Positions 22,158-35,299 of a DNA stretch of 64,000 nucleotides are shown here, in pieces (the first letter of the stretch is position 1; every line of letters begins with the position of its first letter). Position numbers and translations under genes: made by a program. The stretch is taken from the NCBI GenBank assembly GCA_002633005.1, contig NMRA01000207.1, forward strand, positions 179,408 to 243,407, in the 5' to 3' direction. The DNA comes from Phoronis australis. Lineage: Eukaryota > Animalia > Phoronida. Under the pieces are notes generated by a model, which saw nothing but the letters and a program-made list of their open reading frames with translations, made no database searches and was not told where the DNA came from.

Positions 22158-24321
22158 ATGGTGTTACCAAGATAAACAGCACGACCACGTGGTGCCATTG
22201 ACCAAAAATAGTGTAATTGGTTCTCATTTTGAAATCTTGAAGGGAGCTCCTTAGATACCAGTAAAGCTTCTGTAATAGCACTTGCTTCACTTGTAATGCA
22301 GGATCATATTTCGCGAAGACTTGCGTGACCTTCGTGAGTGCAATACCGGGCACCTCTACGGAATGGGCTCCAGGGCTTCACTACTGACACTAGACGTGCG
22401 TTTCGTATGCGCGAAAACGTAAGATCACGTAAAAGTTCGCGAGGTTTCGACATTTATTAAAAGACAGTGAATCACGTGATCACAACAGCTTCCTTCTAGA
22501 GATTCTTGCGTCTACAGAACTCAGCTGATGGGACTGTTTCAGGAAAAGAGTCCTATGAATCGAAACTTCCAGAAATTTGATCTTACGCGCCACTTGTAAT
22601 TTTTCACTTTTCGTGAAAAAGACCTCAGACATCATTGGAAGAAAAAGTGAATCCCTGCCAATTTCTGCTGGCATCAGGTGACGCCTGGGAAAAACGAATG
22701 ATTTTGATTGACTCAGACTAATTTCAAATGGCACCAAGTGACGTTTTCTTCTTGGAAATATGGACATTTAACTAAACTAGATAACACATATCTGCGTCAA
22801 TTTTCAGAGCGGAGCAGATTATGTTTATTTTCTTCGTTGTTATGAAGAATTTACCACTCTGACGACAAACATGTGTTCCTCGGAAAATTTGTGCCCATAG
22901 TTATCCACCGTTTCAATTGGAAAATGACACGTGGCAAGTCTCAATGTAGTTCGGACACGAAAGCTATGTTTAAGAAGAATTTGGAAAACTCAAACATGAG
23001 AAACGTGTATATTTGTAAATATAATAAAAACATTGCCCAAGTCGTAAAAAATATTTTTCCTCTGAGATGGTAACAAATTTACACGACTACACCCGGCAAA
23101 AGGCAATTTTAAGTAACTTTAGACATCACTTCCCTGGCACTAGAGGACTTAGACACACTCGACACCAATGTCCAAGACAAGCATTTGCACATACCCCAAC
23201 AAACGGTATGCCGTCACCGTTTTTGGTCTGTCCTCCCTCTCTTTTGATTCAGGGATCCGCTTTACGTTGCCCGTTTGTACGACACAGACGCTCGCAAGCT
23301 TGCACTACTGGCCAAAGATTGTGCGTGGATTTCACTGTTATTTAGTTAAGGAGGAATCCATTAATATTTCAGACAATCGTAGTGAATTCATTCTAGAACA
23401 AGCACAATTCGTTAAGGAAACATCTTTTTAAAAGGTCCACAATCCTATTCAAGACCGCAAAAGTGAAGGAAACTTCGGGGAGGCTGTACAGCTCACCGAA
23501 AACAATTCACGGTACAACCCTGGTCAGGAACGCTTTTAGATTTTAACGGTAGATTACTTGCCACTTGGCGATGTGGCGTATTTGGGTCTTCTAATGCTAG
23601 TACAACTAGGAAAGTGCAGATATGAAAAACCCACATACACACCAATACATTAGATGCGGGCTTTTGTGTAAACTAGTCTTGTTGGACTTTAAAGTGTCCC
23701 AGTACACCAAGCCAGGCTTTGGATATTCCAAGAAATGGGATTTTTTTTCAAATTCGCTGACTAACAGTGCCCGGAAATGTGTTTCTTTCATAGTTAGTTT
23801 GTTTATAGCGGGACGCTTTTCAACTTTCGGAATTTTATGCGTATTTAACTGACAACTAAGGTCAGTGTCTCTTATTTTAGTTAATCCTACCGAATGGATA
23901 AAGTCAACGTAGGGAATAGGCGGTTTCGTATATAACCGCTAATTTTTCTGTTTTATAGTTCTGATCAAGGTCAGTAACCTCAAGGGACCTATCCTACTTA
24001 ACGACGATCCCCAAAACGAGTCTTTCGGTTCTAAAACCGCCTGTGCCTCTTTGACATCACGATTAGGTTCACAACGGAATAGATTTGTGTAGCTTTGAAA
24101 TGTATACACCGTGGATAGCCCATTACATTAGTTGCAGTTTAGGACTTTACATAGAAATTTAGAAAGAATCTGTGATAGTGATATAGGCCTATGTCGAGTG
24201 TGTTACCGAAAACAAGAGAGATTGGAACACATTGATACGATGGTTATGTTACTAAAGAATCAGATCTAGAGTCAATGAAATTATGAAACCCTGTGGCATA
24301 TTTGTCATCACTTGGGAATGA

Positions 24322-24690
24322 CAAAACAGGGACAATTTAAATGAAAATATGGCTCATCCTGATAAAAAGCGGGACATCTACATGCGCGCACCCAGCCTTC
24401 AATATGGGGGGGACTCGTTCGATGATTTAGGTCTATGCCAAAACGCAAGGTTGAAAATGTTCACATAACGTCTCGTCAGCGGCACTTTTTACTTTTAGTA
24501 GAATAAGCATTTCGAGTGCCGCAAAAACATAGAACTTGTCGTTTTCTGTTTATTCGAACGGAAAAACAGGGTAATGTTGCATGGGAAATCAAAATAATAA
24601 ACGAAATGTAAATTTTGTCGTGCGTCAAAAAGTGGGATATTTGATGGGGAGGCTAGATGGTGGGAAATATCAGAAGATGGCACAGTCCGC
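24322..24690 (+). repeat. Degenerate direct repeat, copy 1 (copy 2 at 27760-28160)
   Basis: Collinear blocks AAAAAGCGGG, TCTATGCCAAAACGCAAGG, TCGAACGG.AAAA and AATTTTG.CGTG.GTCAAAAAG..G..A.ATTT.GATGG appear in both copies. Confidence 0.7.
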
Positions 24691-26000
24691 TTAGAGCGGG
24701 GCCATTGGCAACTACACTGCACGCTGTTGTAACGCAAAGTAGTATTGGACTGGGTTCTCTTATAAAAACTTTTCATGTGTTGTATTTTATTTCACGGGTA
24801 TTAGGTAAATTCTTCAGGTAACATTAGTGTTCAGAAATAAAGTCAAAATTAAAATTGGAATCTTGTAACCACTGTGTAAAAGAATTATTACAGAAACAAT
24901 ACAAGACAGTAATTAGGCCTAGATGCACACACTTAGCTACGCAAATAAATGCTCCAGTAGTTTTTCGAAAATTATACAAACACACCATTCACTTATAGTT
25001 GCAGAACAATCAGTTGCAAGGAAAATGTCATTTCCTTCCCTAAAATACGGAGACATGATTATAACCACCATAATGTCTTGCTGAAGAACTCCTACCGGTA
25101 AAATGTTATTTGATAAATCATCGAAAGTGACGCTAAGATTCCCGATGTAACCAGTGCCACAGGTAGGAGCGTATAAAGAATGACCATGCAGCTTGTTGAC
25201 CAGATCTTAGGTTAGTCATATTTCAGTCACTTTTAAATCACATTTTAGGACGGGAAATCTAGGTGTTTCAAGGTCTAACATTAGAACGTAAGGTCAAGCG
25301 CGGGAGTTGCCACTCCATTCGTAGTTATATGCGCAATGGTACTGAAAACTCAAAAAAATCAACGATGTGCAGAGACAATTAACCTTCTTCCCAAATTACT
25401 GAAAAGTCCTTTTACTTTGGTTTCTAAAAATAATTCTTTTTTGAATAGGTGTTTAGGATTTAAACCAATAATCTTGTGCCAAAATGATAAACAACGCAGT
25501 TCTTGTCATTTTAATTGTGCGTACACTTTGGGGCACCCTCTGCATAATTGTTCGAGTAGTACGAGTCCAGTTTTAAAACTGAGAACTAATTTTGTTTGGT
25601 TTACAACTAACACGTCACCATAATCCATGACAACACTGCCGATGGTGATAACTGCAATTTGATTGTTGTATTTTAATGCAGCATTGCCGTTACTGTGTTG
25701 TTGTCTATATGAGGTTTAATTTTCTCGTTTGTGGTTCATATCAGTGTTATCTCATTTGAATGTCCCTTCCTACAGCTAATCGGGACCTAGTACTAGTGGT
25801 AGTAGGCTTAATAATGTTGGTGATAGTGTTAGGGATAGCTGTTGGAGTGAGGCATTATTCAAGTCTGTCTTGTTGGTTAGAATGAGCGAGCTTTGTTAAA
25901 GCCCAAGATGAACAAGCGCATTATTAATGAGTAGGATATTTTATATTAAAAGTCATGAAAAATAGTCTGTAAACTTTAAGCCTCTGGGATTGAATACGTG

Positions 26001-27021
26001 TCAATCTATTGGCGGAGGTCCACTGAAACAGCAAAGCAGACGGCACCCTTTTCTCTTTGGACGTTTGCATCTGAACCTCTTTTTCAGCCTTTGCAAAAAT
26101 CCTTTGCGTTGACTGGTCTCAGATTTTTCAGCCTCACTCTCAGGTTTGGGAACGTTGCATGGTATAACGTCTTCCATCTGGTCCTGTAGTCGATCCTCGT
26201 TAATTGAGAGGTGCCATGCAGGAGCGGTTACACTCCTGAATTGGGGAGGGTATATTTTGACGCCTTCAAATAAGAACGACACATGTTGCTGGCCAGTTAC
26301 ACCCTTGAAGTCAGAAAAACTGAAGCATTCCGGCTGCATCATTGAATTTGTATTGCCAGTGTCACATTTAGCGAGGTCGTGGGTGTATTCTATTCCAGAT
26401 CCACGGCTCCATTCCCTAATACTTTTCTTCTTCACTTTCTTCATTATTTACTTCCATCTTCATCCTCTCATCCTGAATCAGCTCAACTGCCTGCAAAAGT
26501 ACCATTTCTACGAAGACGTCAAGGACAGCCTGCTCGACCGTGGCGTCCACAAACGCTTCTATCTCATCTTTCTCATCGCACCTCTTATCAGAAGCTAAAC
26601 CCGTATCTGACATGCTGTGATGGGTTGTAGACAACACCTCCGACTGGGACATTCGTAATTTCGTAACTCCGGCGAGGTCTTGTGTGATTTCCGCCTCTGG
26701 CTCTTTGGTGCACCGTATGCTTTTCTTGCTTACGGTCTCTTTGTTGTTATGTTCCACGGCCTCCGAAACCACATCTTCAACATACACCTTCTTTATGACG
26801 GTCTCCACAAGAGATTCCACTGCGTCTTTTTCCCCGAGGTTTAGATCAGGGCGGGTTAGACCTTCTCTTGGAGTCGCCGTCTTCTGTGTGGCTTGTGTAG
26901 CTCTAGCTACGCATACTGACAGCAAGTGACAATGAATGCACATGTTTACCAGGGCACCTAGCATAGCCACGTCTGTAGTACTGGTAATATTTTTCAAAAT
27001 CTCATCTCTAAATTCATCCAT
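26001..27021 (-). CDS. Orphan intronless gene split by a +1 frameshift (~339 aa if joined); acidic N-half with AKAP-like helices and a basic, Cys-rich C-terminus
   Basis: ORFs 27021-26416 (201 aa) and 26444-26001 (147 aa) overlap. Removing one A from the run at 26423-26426 gives continuous ...NNEESEEE-SIREWSRG.... Composition looks protein-like. Could be a sequencing error or a pseudogene. Confidence 0.6.
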
Positions 27022-27759
27022 TCTGCTATCTCCTTCGCTAAATGTACAGAAACAACGTCAGCTACTATGACGTAAGCAAAGTATCAATCACGTCATCGTT
27101 AGCGCATCGTCTGTCTTGTTTTAGTCAGAATAATAATAACGCAAAGATGCCCACACAGCATAATACAAGGACATTGTAAGCCAATAAAATTCTGCAGTAT
27201 GGCTGACGAGTACATAGACCAGGAGAACCGTCGAATTCCATGTTCGATTGCTACAGGACATCGTTCATTTAATGCAAAAATATTTTGTAATTGTAACGCA
27301 GCGCTTTAACCAGTTAATTATGACAACCGTGAAAGATTGGCGGTGGACATTTCGGGTTAGGCTAGGTGTCTATATTTCCTTCATAAGCACGTGTTGAACT
27401 AGTAGCATGTACATGGTGCAAATAGCGTCACTGGGATGCAATGACATTTCACAAAAATGTGCTAAATTAAGTACTCCAACTATTTTTCCGAAAGTTACAG
27501 GGGTTTCTGGTAGACAGAAATAGGCAAACATCTATTGCGTAACTTGAAATATACTTACAGGGTAGTAGAAATTAATTTCATTTCTTCATAAAGTAAAAAT
27601 TAGTGATACTGATGCATGTAGTGTGTGTCATCATAAACCAAAGACAGTGGGACACATTTTTACGATTGTTATGTTTCTAAATAAAGTAGATCGGAAAAAT
27701 AACAATGTTTGTAACAAAGAGTTGAAATATGTGTTGCATAGTTGCCAACATTCGGACAT

Positions 27760-28160
27760 GAAAAACGGGACAACTAGATTGAAAAGCTGGACTCTCGGAG
27801 AAAAAGCGGGACTCTCCTAGAAAAAGCCGGACTCTCGGAGAAAAAGCGGGCCTACGTATAGCGGATCTATGCCAAAACGCAAGGATGTAATGTTCGCACA
27901 AGATGTCCCGATAGTGGTTTTGTGAAACGGAACATTATGAATGTCGTAACAGCACCCAAAAGCACTGGATGTCGTGTATAGTCGAACTGGAAATTGCAAT
28001 TCAGTGTAGCGAAAACCAAGAAAAATCCCTTTTTATCTTTTTAGTCGAACGGGAAAATTGGTCTATGTCCGATATTGTGTCAATTTTGGCGTGTGTCAAA
28101 AAGGCGGAAGATTTTGATGGTGTAGAGGGATGGCGGGAAATTTTTTAAGAATTGGAACAG
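27760..28160 (+). repeat. Degenerate direct repeat, copy 2, with internal 3 x ~21-bp tandem GGACTCTCGGAGAAAAAGC (27787-27850)
   Basis: Homology to 24322-24690; the local tandem triplication is directly visible. Confidence 0.7.
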
Positions 28161-30583
28161 TACTCTGTGCATGCTGAGAGCGAAGCGATTGGAAAGTACA
28201 ATGTATATAAATACCCCAGTTGGAACTTAGAAGTTCCTTGGCCGTACAAAAAGTACTCACAGGTGCGCAACTGTGGACGCCAAAGCAGACTTTCCGACAA
28301 GACCTAGTTATTTATCTTCAATATTCATTTTGAAGCTCGAAACTGACACGGCTCTCCTTGGCGGACTTTCACCAATATCTTCTAACCGGTGGGCAAACTT
28401 GGGCTTGCCTTACGCCAACATCTTCGTAGGACAGCTTACTGCCGTGTCCAAGCTTTGTAATTCATAGCCGAAACACACATCCCCGAGTCGGCTGCCTGGA
28501 ACACATTGGAAGGATGTAAAACTCGAGCCCCAACTTACTGCGGACAACTATAAGACGGCAAACGCATTGAGTGCTAGTGGCCTCTGCCTCGCCCCCATTC
28601 ACTCCCTCTTGTCACTTTAGATGGAGCATTGGCCTCATGAGTGAGGACGCTTGCTCCCCCCCCCCCCCACCCCCCTCCCTCCTCTTCCAACGCCTTCTGG
28701 TTATGACTGGGTCTTTTCGTAACCCTGGATGCGGTGTTTGCTCATTTTATCTCGCGTAATGCGGCTGACTGATATAGATTTACAAGACTGGAACATTTTC
28801 GGCATATACATTTGTGAAAGACGTAGTGGTTCTTGGGCTTTTGAAACGAAAGAGGAGGGGTTGTGGAATTCGTGTTATGATCTTACCTTTGAAAGGTAAT
28901 AGCTTTAGGTTTAGATAGATTTAAGTATAAACTTTCTCAATAGCTAAGTATGAACACAGAATTAGGTCGCTATTTAGTCGTTATTTTAGTCGCTATGTAC
29001 TCTCGAGCACTTCATAGTTTTAATCGCTACTTCACTTCGCAAGAGAACTGCAGTGCGCGACAGCTATCGGTGAACTACATAAACCGTTTCGGCAAAAAGT
29101 GTTCAACTGGTGGTCTATAATGTCACGCTATATTTGATAACTTGAAATCTAACGGCTATCGAAATGGCTACTGTATTACTTGCAAATCATTCACTGCTTC
29201 TTGAATGTTTTAGCACATTTTATTGAGATAAATAAGCAGACGACAGTAAGTGCAACACCGTCAAACATAAAGACAATTTCCTATGACTATATTAGTTACG
29301 AAGTCTTGCTGCTAGTGGAAAATAACAGGTGGCTTGCAGACATAAAGACTAATCAGACGATGTGATAGTGAGAATCTTTTGCATGAGCATGCGCGATATG
29401 GAGATAAAAGAATGCTGTTATCGAAGGATTCCGATATGGGTATGAAGAACGGCAGCATAATCGAGAGCGTTCAGATGAATGGATTCAAACAAGTCACATT
29501 GAGATCAACCTGAGAGCTATGGTGGACCACTGCCAGCTTACTCCATACACGATTTCAGGGTTTCGTTCAGCATCTTGAATATTTAGTTAGATTGAATAAA
29601 CGAACCAATTAACTACAGTATTACAAAGGCTTTAGCAATGGCAGATCCAACGCAGTCTCTCACTGGCTTGTTGCAACCACTATGGCGTAGCAGCAAACAA
29701 ACGAACCAACGTCGTTTTTTGTCGTGGAAACGAAATAAAAGAAAGCGAGATGACGAACGGTGAAATATGCTGTTGAAAAGCGAGCTATAACGGCATGTTC
29801 AAAAGTGGAAGGTGGCATGTGTTGCACTTCGTTTGAACGTGACTGACCTTGAAAAATGCCGGATTATTTCTAATTTCGCCATTTTTAAAAAGCGTTTCAA
29901 AATTGAGCGTACGACGGTCGTTCTCGAAACAAAAAAACAAGTATGTGACAACCCGGAACACTTTGGGAATGACGTTACTGCAACCTTTTCACAACATAAT
30001 GCATCTTTAGAAAAATATTGATGTTTAAACTCGTTAGAACAGCTCAAGTCCGCTTCTTAAATGGGAAAGGTGCGTGCAATAGCGGAGTTGCAACCGAATC
30101 GATTTAACGATAGCGCATGTCCGGAAATTAGGGTGCGCAAAGGCTACTGGGATTGTTGATGGTAAACTGGATGACCGACTGGTTTGCACGACGTGTAATT
30201 TGTGTGCATTAAACTACGCTGCTGTATGTAATTCTGCCGCTATTCGCCCTAGTTAGCGCCCATGGCTCAACAAGTGCCCCAACGCGTTTTCAGACTTTGC
30301 TNAGTCGAATACCGTCTCAGTGTGCAATGCACGTGAATTTATATAACAGTAAACTAACTCTAAATTTTTAGTAAAAACTTAGAGTTGTTACGAATGAATG
30401 GAATGTGTGTCCCACCAAGCTGTTTCAAAACGACTTGCTGTGGATTTTTAGGACTCACTATTGAATGGAAATTTCTGCATCTTTACACTCCCTCATTTAC
30501 GGACATAAAATATGAACATTTGTACTCTTCAGTTGGAATATAGAATTGACACGCGTTTTTTTTTGTTATCTTTCAGTCCAAAC

Positions 30584-31858
30584 ATGATACAGACGCTGGT
30601 ATTTGTTATCATACATGCATTGTTCACACAAGTACAATGCCTACTGTGGCGTGTTACCGGCATCTTTTCAAAACTCCAAGAACTCAAGAGCGACCATTAC
30701 GAAAATTGCGCTCAGGTATTGCACGTTTTACCTTATAAGCGGACGATGCTTTTCCCATGGTTTCAGAGTACAAAGGAAAACTTTTTGACGTTTCATCACA
30801 GTTTTGCCCATCCTCGAGTGGTGCTTGCGTCAAACGTGACCCTCTATAATGTGACTGGAGAAGAGGCTGTTTTTGTAAGAACAGACGATGGAATTGACGT
30901 CTATAGCTCGGACGTGAATCCCTTCACTTACATGGCGCAGAAAGCGCACGCGCGCCAGTTAATCGTGTTGCCCATTCATCACTTCATGCGATTGGCTAAA
31001 GAACTTGGACCCACGTCAGCACCGCTGTTGTTTTTGTTCAGCACTGGTCGTTGCGGTTCCACTCTAATTACACAATTGTTTGAAGCCACGCCAGGAGGAT
31101 TATGCTTGTCCGAGCCACCGTGGTTCGTGGGTCTTGGAGAGATGAAGAAAAGTGGCCGTGATGTTAGCGCTTTGTTGAAAGCGTGCACAGATATTGCTTG
31201 TCGCGCGGACGAACAGGACTCAAAACGATTTTACTGTGTGAAATTGATGAGCTATTCGTTTGATTTGATGGAAAAGGTGTCGATGGCGCTACCTCATGCA
31301 AAGCTTTTGTTCCTGTATCGTAAATTTCCGATGAAGACGTTTGCATCCTTCGCTCGTTTGATTACACAGACACGTAAGAACGCCATACTGCAGCTAATGC
31401 CTCTCTTGCGCGATAACTTCCTGTACAATGTGAAGAGGCGCTACTTGTGGACAGACATAAATCCATGGGCTGTTTCTGAGCAGCTTAACTTCCTGGAGAT
31501 CATTAGTGTCTTTTTGGCGTTGTGTAAAGACACATATCGAAGAAACAGCGAGAAATTCGAGGTAAGGGCATTACGCTACGAGGATTTCTTAGAAAATCCA
31601 GAGAAGATGGCGGTACTACTGTGCGATTACTGTGGTGTAAGAACTGACAAAATCGGCGAATATGCCCGAACGGTTGTTGGGCGAGACTCACAACGCGGAA
31701 CACGTTTTGGTAAATCTCACCTCGGTAAGATTTCGTGGAGCTTAAATGATAGTTACGTGGAACAGATCCATCTCTTGGCAACCAAGTATCGCGTGCGAGG
31801 ACTGGAGGTTCCAGTCCCCAACGATGTCTGGTGTTTACCAAAAACGATTATGCCTTAG
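30584..31858 (+). CDS. Sulfotransferase-like P-loop protein, single coding exon (~424 aa)
   Basis: Long ORF with 5'-PSB-like loop FLFSTGRCGSTL, 3'-PB-like FLYRKFPMKTFASF and LRYEDFLENP. A strong acceptor (T-rich...tttcag, ending at 30576) just upstream of ATG 30584 suggests an upstream exon and that the ORF-track start at 30512 is intronic. Hydrophobic N-terminal segment. Confidence 0.85.
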   Translation: MIQTLVFVIIHALFTQVQCLLWRVTGIFSKLQELKSDHYENCAQVLHVLPYKRTMLFPWFQSTKENFLTFHHSFAHPRVVLASNVTLYNVTGEEAVFVRTDDGIDVYSSDVNPFTYMAQKAHARQLIVLPIHHFMRLAKELGPTSAPLLFLFSTGRCGSTLITQLFEATPGGLCLSEPPWFVGLGEMKKSGRDVSALLKACTDIACRADEQDSKRFYCVKLMSYSFDLMEKVSMALPHAKLLFLYRKFPMKTFASFARLITQTRKNAILQLMPLLRDNFLYNVKRRYLWTDINPWAVSEQLNFLEIISVFLALCKDTYRRNSEKFEVRALRYEDFLENPEKMAVLLCDYCGVRTDKIGEYARTVVGRDSQRGTRFGKSHLGKISWSLNDSYVEQIHLLATKYRVRGLEVPVPNDVWCLPKTIMP

Positions 31859-33171
31859 ATATTTAAAGAAGACACGTTTAACGTGAACGTGTTTCTTTTT
31901 CAAGCAGTCCATTCTGTCAATCCTTGGTATTAGTAGGTTGTGATGAATATGTGGGCATATAGGCCTACGGGGTGTCCTTTAAAGGCTAGCAAAAATATTC
32001 TGAAATATAAATATCAGAAAACGTTTTTACTGGGAACTAATGCAACTTTTTGTATTCAATGTTTCAAAGTTTCTAATCTCAGTTAAAAGACAAACGGATA
32101 TTTTAAGCGTCGTTTGTCAGCCGAAATGGATTTTGATTAAAAAAATGACGTCTGAAAACTTTCATTCCTCGTTCCTATGCAATCAGAAACTTTTAAGATA
32201 TCGTTTCCCTAAATACTGAGAAACAAAGTCTGCGCAACTGACTGTCTTACTACTCTTGTGTACTCTGCAAAACTATCACCTGACATTCAGTTATAACATC
32301 CCATGTTTAAATAGAACAGTCTCTGCTGCAGAATACAAGGAATTTTAATTTAAACTACGGCGCATGCATTTTATCAAATGAATAACAAATCAAAGCAAAG
32401 AAATCAAAAAGATGTTAAATGTTGTGACAGTTGGACGGTTATTCTTCCAATGAGCGGTCCTTTCGCTAATCCAGAGATCTTGGTTTATTTCTCACACACT
32501 GTCCAGTTTGGTGTAATAGGTGTCACAATCTCTGAAATTTGGAAAAATTTAGCTTTCGGTGAGTGCCAGACCAAGTCTGCTACTTTTATTTTGCGCTCAC
32601 AAGAAATTAAAAACTAACTGTGGGTGGGATCAATGGGTGAATTCATAGCAGCAGAACGTGAAGAATCTTAACAATTCTGCCTGAGAATAGTGTTCAATCA
32701 AGGTTGTTGCATCTCGACTTACAGTTCTGTGCATATGGCGGATTACACAGCCCGGAAATAATCCGGAACACCTCGAATAAGTATTACTTCGTAACCCTGT
32801 TTCCTATCTGCGCTTGTGACCTTGCGTATGATTGAAGTTCGCTCACGCGCAGATATGAAGCATCTCTCAGAGAATTGGCGAGGCTACGAAAATACCCAAC
32901 ATGCTCCGGATACCATGTGGACATTCGAGGCTTTTGGAAAGTCTCGCATATTATCGAAGCCTCAAATTTACCCTCTCAGGTGCTTCATATGTGCGCATGT
33001 GCGAACTTGAGCCACAAGAAAAAGTCACGTCGCTATGAAATCTGAGAAAACCGTCTAATGTAAAACCAATCAAATGTTATTGAAATGTTCCTGTTATGTT
33101 AGCCATACTGCTGCTTCTGTTTAAAAGACACTAAAAGTAAAAAGAGTGACCGAAGAAGAAACTAGGGTAGA

Positions 33172-33308
33172 GTTCAGTAACGCAAGGACCTCACTAAAAA
33201 GCAAGACTTTGCGAGATTATGTGAGTTATTGCCGCGAATTTTAAATGAGAACACATGATTTTGGCTAGATGTTAGTGAGGTTCTGACGTAGTTCCTAGCC
33301 TTACTGAC
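33172..33308 (-). mobile_element. MITE family A copy (reverse)
   Basis: GTTCAGTAACGCAAGGACCTCACTAAAAAGCAAGAC is the reverse complement of the 3' end of 6111-6248. Confidence 0.75.
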
Positions 33309-35299
33309 ATCTCAACAGGGTCACAGTTTGCACAGTAATCGTATTTTATTTTCAATTCCACATTCCATTTCAGTTCCACATTCATAATCTCACATATATA
33401 TAGCGAGTTAAATTTTATACTCTTGTTGACAAAATATCAAATAAGGCAACTGAACAGTACATCTTCGAAGGAGAGGCTCCTCTTGGCACCTTATGAAACC
33501 GGCAATGTCCACTATTTACGGGGAAGAAGACAACGTTACACACTAAGAAACTCACAAAACGTGTTCATCAACACATGCGACTCAAACAACCAAAAATAAA
33601 GTACAGAAAAATAGCGTATTAACAGGGTAAACGACCGTCCTTCCCTATGGTCATGATGGACAGCGTTTCTTCTCGTTAACACAATTCTTGTCTTATAATC
33701 TTTAGGTCTTTTCTCATCAACCGTAATTCAGGTCTTACGAACTCGGTTCTTTTCCAATGATGAACAGCATTTCTTTTCCCTAGTGACAGAAGTTACTTGG
33801 CGCGTGCTTTACATCTGACGATTACGACGTCGAATGTGTTTGTATACTACAATTGGGAACACTTGCGGTTACTGAGAAAATATGTATTTGTAAGAATTGA
33901 ATTGGGATGAGAAAGGGTCTGTTGTTCGTGGGATGAGAAAGAGTCTGTTGCTCGTGAAATAAGAACTTGATGGAAATAACATTGTATCTTTATGTTCCGG
34001 TTTTAGATATAAATAACTATGATTTTTGTTAAACAGCAGTATAAATCTAGAAAATTTACGTACTTAGCGTGATCGAAATGTCCGGTAAACGCAAATAAAG
34101 ACATTCGTGATTTTGGAGTAAAAGTTCACAGTGTTACTCTGGCCGTACCGTCAGCTGTGGCAAATCTGCGCGCTCGCCAGGTAAGAGATGAGTGAATATC
34201 TGTTTAATATCATCCCAATAACTAAAATTAGATTGCCATTTTTGACATAGTTTGGTACTGAAGACAAAAATACACTAAATTCGCTTTTCTGAATTTACGT
34301 CAGAATTTGAACGAAACATGTATTCGGTAAGGATTACAAGTTTCTCGTTTTACCGTAAAATTATGTAGTTTCCTCCACATAACATAGCCAAGAGAAAACT
34401 CGGTGTTCATGTTCTGACGAAACTTGGAGAAGAAATCTCGTAACTTGTAGGTTTCATAGGTGTCAAAATCTCAAGCCGCGCCAATAGTGACGCTGACTCA
34501 AGTACATGTAGTTGTGTCACAGCGACCTCTGGCAACACACCCGCTAGGAAGCCAATGATAAAATTAAAATTTAAACCTTCAACAAACTAAATTAATTTGA
34601 CCCTCAAATGTTGCCTTTGATATAATCTGATCCGAGATTATTCTGCAACAGCTTATTGGCTTTACATACAGTACAGGTAAAAATGTGCTCGTCTAGAGGA
34701 GCATAGCACCAAGATACGATGAATTTTGAATTCGATACAACAGTATGTTCAATTCTTTTACCTGACGCTAGACGGCAGGCGCAGGTACTAAAATTAACCT
34801 GTGTCAGCGTATCGCTCCTGGCACAAAGCAAGAATATTTATCGCCTGTCGTTATCGTTTTGTACCAATAAAACGTCAAAAACTATGTATGGATGCATTCA
34901 ATTGACGAATTAAAGAGTAGTTTTATTACATGAATTAAAGTTCAGATGCTGGCAAATTTATCAGCCTGCTGCAGAAGTGTGCTTGTGTGATCAGTTGCAG
35001 GCCACAGTTTAAACGTTCTGGTGTAATAAAAAAGATGAACGCAGTGTATTTCTATACAGACGTGTTCACTAAGCAAGCTTACAGACGATACTTTTGTTAA
35101 CACCGAGCGTAAAAAGCAGGTTGCACTCAAGACACCTTTGCAGTAGGCTCAACAGCACAGCCATAAATGTTCACTTCACCGACAAATGTGACGATGGTCC
35201 AAAAAACAATTCTATCTGGGAAACTGTAAAATCATTCATCGTCTAAGTTTAAATCTATAAGTGTAATTGTTTGTGAAGGAAACACTCTTGGCCTCACTT

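Noticed and set aside
22380-23520. Cluster of 66-95 aa ORFs as a gene or transposase
   Set aside because: No motif or consistent splice pattern that I can support; may be an unrecognised decayed element.
26146-26929. Plus-strand ORFs of 81-150 aa
   Set aside because: Antisense shadows of the minus-strand orphan gene.
28655-28685. C-rich tract as a regulatory G-quadruplex
   Set aside because: Simple homopolymer run with no link to a supported promoter.
30512-30583. N-terminal extension MNICTLQ... of the sulfotransferase ORF
   Set aside because: It runs through a polypyrimidine tract and tttcag acceptor, so it is most likely intronic.
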